In this document: in pieces, positions 60,369 to 64,000 of the stretch | Layout: each line of letters opens with the position of its first letter | Position numbering within the stretch: the first letter of the stretch is position 1 | NCBI GenBank assembly: GCA_030390025.1 | Contig: CM059433.1 | Location: forward strand, 2,666,001 to 2,730,000 | DNA from: Squalus acanthias | Lineage: Eukaryota | DNA: 64,000 nt | Direction: 5' to 3' | Position numbers and translations under genes: made by a program | Notes under the pieces: generated by a model | Seen by the model: the letters and a program-made list of their open reading frames with translations, nothing else | Told to the model about the DNA's origin: nothing | The model's database searches: none

Positions 60369-61002
60369 AGGATGCACATGCGCTATATCCCGAAGTTCCA
60401 GTCAGTTTTAATGGTATAATAACAGCGAACACTGTTCATTCGCCGTTACTACCTACCGCAAATTCCTGGCCAATGTGTTTATATGAAATCACTTTGCTAT
60501 TTTAAAGGAGCTGTTAACCCATTTTTTTAAAAAGGGTTCAGGCTCGAGTTAAAATGGTGAGCAAATTAATTTCCATGTTGGCAGATTTTTAACTAATATC
60601 ACACAGTACAATTTTAATCAAAAGGTGACAGTTTAATCAAAAGATGGTAGTTGGCCTCAAGGCCCATAGACGCTAATAATATAAGCCTAGATTTTCCAGT
60701 CAGTGGTAATGTAATCATTTACTTTGCAACGTCCTTTCTTGTCATTTAACAGATAGATTTTTCCCCAAGAGTTTACTTGGATGCTAATGCAGCATTTCCA
60801 AGTTATGGTGATATGGGTCCAAAGAAATTCTTTGTACTGCACTGTTTTTTTTAATGAAATAAACTTCTGTCCTCAGATACCTGGCTGGAGTGTGTCCTCA
60901 GTGAGGCAAGGTTTTACTCATGCATCTGATTTCCAAAAAGCCCATCATAGAAGCATCTTGGATTTTTTTTTAATGTTACTACTTTTGTATAACAGGAGAA
61001 GC

Positions 61003-61440
61003 TTATAATGGGATGTCTAGTTTGGCTCTCCATTCGATGGCCTCCTGAGATGCCGAGTGGAGAAATGAGGTGCCCCCCGCAACAGATCTCAGTGGGCAGG
61101 TTGATGTGATGTGCTCCGTGGTCTGGGACTCACGGCCACAGTCACACTTCGGGTCGTCCCTCATCGTCCACTTGTGGAGCAGGTGGCCGCATTGTCCGTG
61201 CCCTGTGTGGATTGGGTTGAGCGCCGTCCACTGTCTTCGAGGGAGGTCGGAGCCAGGGACCTCTGCTGTTGGGTCAGTGACGAGTTGCTGGTTCTTTATG
61301 TTGCCTGCGTCCCACGATTCCGTCCCTCTGGACAGTGGGTCGATACCAGCTGCAGGAATATTGGCTGCTGTTTCCCAGAATGGCTGGCGCGATTTTAAGC
61401 ACCTTCGTGGTGTTATTTTTTAAGTCTTCGTGAATGTGAA
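61003..61440 (-). mobile_element. 3' fragment of an Ingi/Vingi-like LINE ORF with a CCHC motif
   Basis: Hand translation of 61419-61003: CLKSRQPFW...VPGSDLPRRQWTALNPIHTGHGQCGHLLHKW...CDCGRESQTTEHITSTCP...EAIEWRAKLDIPL*. Confidence 0.72.
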
Positions 61441-61709
61441 GGTTGATGTTGCTCACAAGTTTTTCCATCTCACAGAGCACGGTGGCAAATGGAAGTTGAT
61501 TTTATTTAACGTTTTGATAAATGGCCTGAATGTGTCTCTCATCCCCATTTTTTTTAAAAAGGTCCAGCCACTGACAGTGGAAACTACTGATGATATATCC
61601 AGAACACATGCTCACTGGAATATTCAGGCCATTGCATCAAAACATTGCATAATGGTGGACTGCATGGAACAAAAGAAAAGCATGGTGCAGCATGAATTAG
61701 CACCACAGG

Positions 61710-62060
61710 TGTCGGTTTGGCTGAGTTGGTAACACATCTCTGAATTAGAAAGTTTTTGGTTCAATAATATGACACTTCAGTGCAGTACTGAGGGAGTGGG
61801 GCCTTGTCATTGCCACTGTCATTCAAATCAGGTGTTAAATGAAGGTTCCATCTGCCTACGACACCCCACTGCACTATGTGAGGAAGACTGGCGAGTGGTT
61901 AGGATGTCTTGGCTAACAATTGTTCCTCCACCCATGCGACTAAGTAAACACGTTTACTGTTCATTTGTTTCATTTGCTGTTTGTGGGCTCTCGCTGTGTG
62001 CTGATTGGCTGTTACCTTTGCCCACATAACAGATAACTGCAGCTCAAAGATAATTCATTA
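61710..62060 (+). mobile_element. Degraded Deu-domain SINE
   Basis: Divergent homologue of 6731-7145. Confidence 0.55.
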
Positions 62061-62889
62061 GTTGTGGAAATGAAAATTGGAAGAGATGTACAAAGGGCAG
62101 CTGAATCGATATCCCCCATTTTTGCACGATCACCCAAAGTCAAAATGACCTCCACAAAACTTCAAAACAATTTCAGCACCTTCAAGTGGAGCTGCTGGAT
62201 ACAAATACTTCATTTAGTACTCAGGGAGTTAAACAGTACTGCCTCAGGCACTGTGTAGTTTATTTCTCCTTCAATCATAATTTATGGCACTCTCATAAGC
62301 AAGACTAAGGAATGACCATCATTAATATAAATTTAGAGTCAGAGAAAAGATTAACGTTGAAAATTTCCATCCTGACTTCTGCAAACCCTGACAAACCTAT
62401 GATTTAACGTATTTGCTTGACAGTTTGGATTATTCTTTAATCACAGACATATGGGAGTAAAATAATTGAATGTCATTTGAACTGCCAAGCCTAAGGTGAC
62501 AGTTTCTAAGTGAAGGGGCAGGGGCTTACTTGCTCCAGAGATGTAGTATTCCTATTTAGATTGTTCTTCGTAAGTGTTTTGATATTTAATCCAACATTGC
62601 AGTAGATGGTTTGTTATTTAATGCAGGGTTACTGTCAAAACAGAAAGAGAAAGCCATTCATTTTTAGAAGCAACTGCTGGTCTAGTTATTGAACTTTATT
62701 GACTAAAGAAACTTCCATTGTGCTTCACTCTCAGTAAATTTTTCAGAGATTGGGAGCCATCTACATGCATTGAAAATACATGTAACAGAACACATTTGTT
62801 TCTATCAGTTTTCATCTATGAGCTTTAGTATTATATTTAGTGGTGTTTGTTGCATGACTCAGGCCAGGTTAAACCTGGTAGCAAAGAGA

Positions 62890-63930
62890 AATGCCCAGCA
62901 CGCAAGTGCTAAAGACAAGGCTGAAGCGTTTGCAACCATCTTCAGCCAGAGGTGTCGAGTGGATGATCCATATCGGCCTTCTCCTGAGGTCCCCACTGTC
63001 ACAGAAGCCAGTCTTCAGCCAATTCGATTCACTCCACGTGATATCAAGAAACGGCTGAGCGCACTGGATACAGCAAAGGCTATGGGCCCTGACAATATCC
63101 CGGCTGTCATGCTGAAGACTTGTGCTCCAGAACTGGCTGCGCCTCTAGCCAAGCTGTTCCAGTACAGCTACAACACTGGCATCTATCCGACAATGTGGAA
63201 AACTGCCCAGGTGTGTCCTGTCCACAAAAAGCAGGACAAATCCAATCCGGCCAATTACCGCCAATCAGTCTACTCTCAATCATCAGCAAAGTGATGGAAG
63301 GTGTCATCAACAGTGCTATCAAGCAGCACTTACTCACCTGTAACCTGCTGACTGATGCCCAGTTTGAGTTGCGCCAAGACCACTCAGCTGCCGACCTCAT
63401 TACAGCCTTGGTCCAAACATGGACAAAGGAGCTGAATTCCAGAGGTGAGGTGAGAGTGACTGCCCTTGACATCAAGGCAACATTTGACTGAGTGTGGCAT
63501 CAAGGAGCCCCAGTAAAACTGAAGTCAATGGGAATCGGGGGGCAAACTCTCCACTGGCTGGAGTCATACCTAGCAGAAAGGAAGATGGTTGTGGTGGTTG
63601 AAGGTGAATCATCACAGCCCCAGGACATCGCTGCAGGAGTTCCTCAGGGCAGTGTCCTAGGCCCAACCATCTTCAGGCGCTTCATCAATGACCTTCCCTC
63701 CAACATAAGGTCAGAAATGGGGATGTTCGCTGATGACTGCACAGTGTTCAGCGCCATTCACAACTCCTCAGATAATGAAGCAATCCGTACCCGCATGCAA
63801 CAAGACCTGGACGACGTTCAGGCTTGGGCTGATAAGTGGCAGGTAACATTTGCGCCACAGAAGTGCCAGGCAATGACTATCTCCAACAAGCAAGAGTTTA
63901 ACCACCGTCCCTTGACATACAACGGCTGTC
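62890..63930 (+). mobile_element. LINE RT fragment, same family as 31255-32870
   Basis: [49 protein letters not shown]; frameshift and stop. Confidence 0.9.
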
Positions 63931-64000
63931 ATCATGGGTGACTTTAATTTACCTATAGATTGGGCTAACCAAATTAGTAAAAATACTGTGGAGGAGGAAT

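Larger units (their letters stand above)
58125..60471. mobile_element. Harbinger-type MITE carrying nested CR1 and L2 fragments
   Basis: Ends gggccgtaatttgcggt / accgcaaattcctggcc. Confidence 0.7.

Overview
Eukaryotic, transposon-dominated DNA with no confidently identifiable host gene. The repeat set (HER1-type CR1 LINEs, a V-SINE, Deu-domain SINEs, L2 LINEs) points to a cartilaginous fish (inference). Main contents: (1) an apparently intact, full-length ~4.48 kb CR1 LINE (16877-21353, minus) with a Zn-finger/coiled-coil/SGNH-esterase ORF1 and an APE-RT ORF2. ORF2 has no ATG before the end of its endonuclease domain and lies in the -1 frame, directly behind a U_UUA_AAC slippery heptamer at the ORF1 stop. 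This element sits in a nest of four elements. (2) A near-complete two-gene PIF/Harbinger transposon (43954-47893) with a DDE transposase and a convergent, spliced Myb/SANT gene, both lightly damaged. (3) Many non-autonomous Harbinger-type elements, a hAT-type MITE, a Penelope-like palindrome, a Vingi/Ingi-like LINE 3' end missed by the ORF track, an LTR-like segment and two tandem repeats. Most entries in the ORF track are TE fragments or shadow ORFs. Family names come from motif recognition, not database searches, and boundaries of degraded fragments are approximate.
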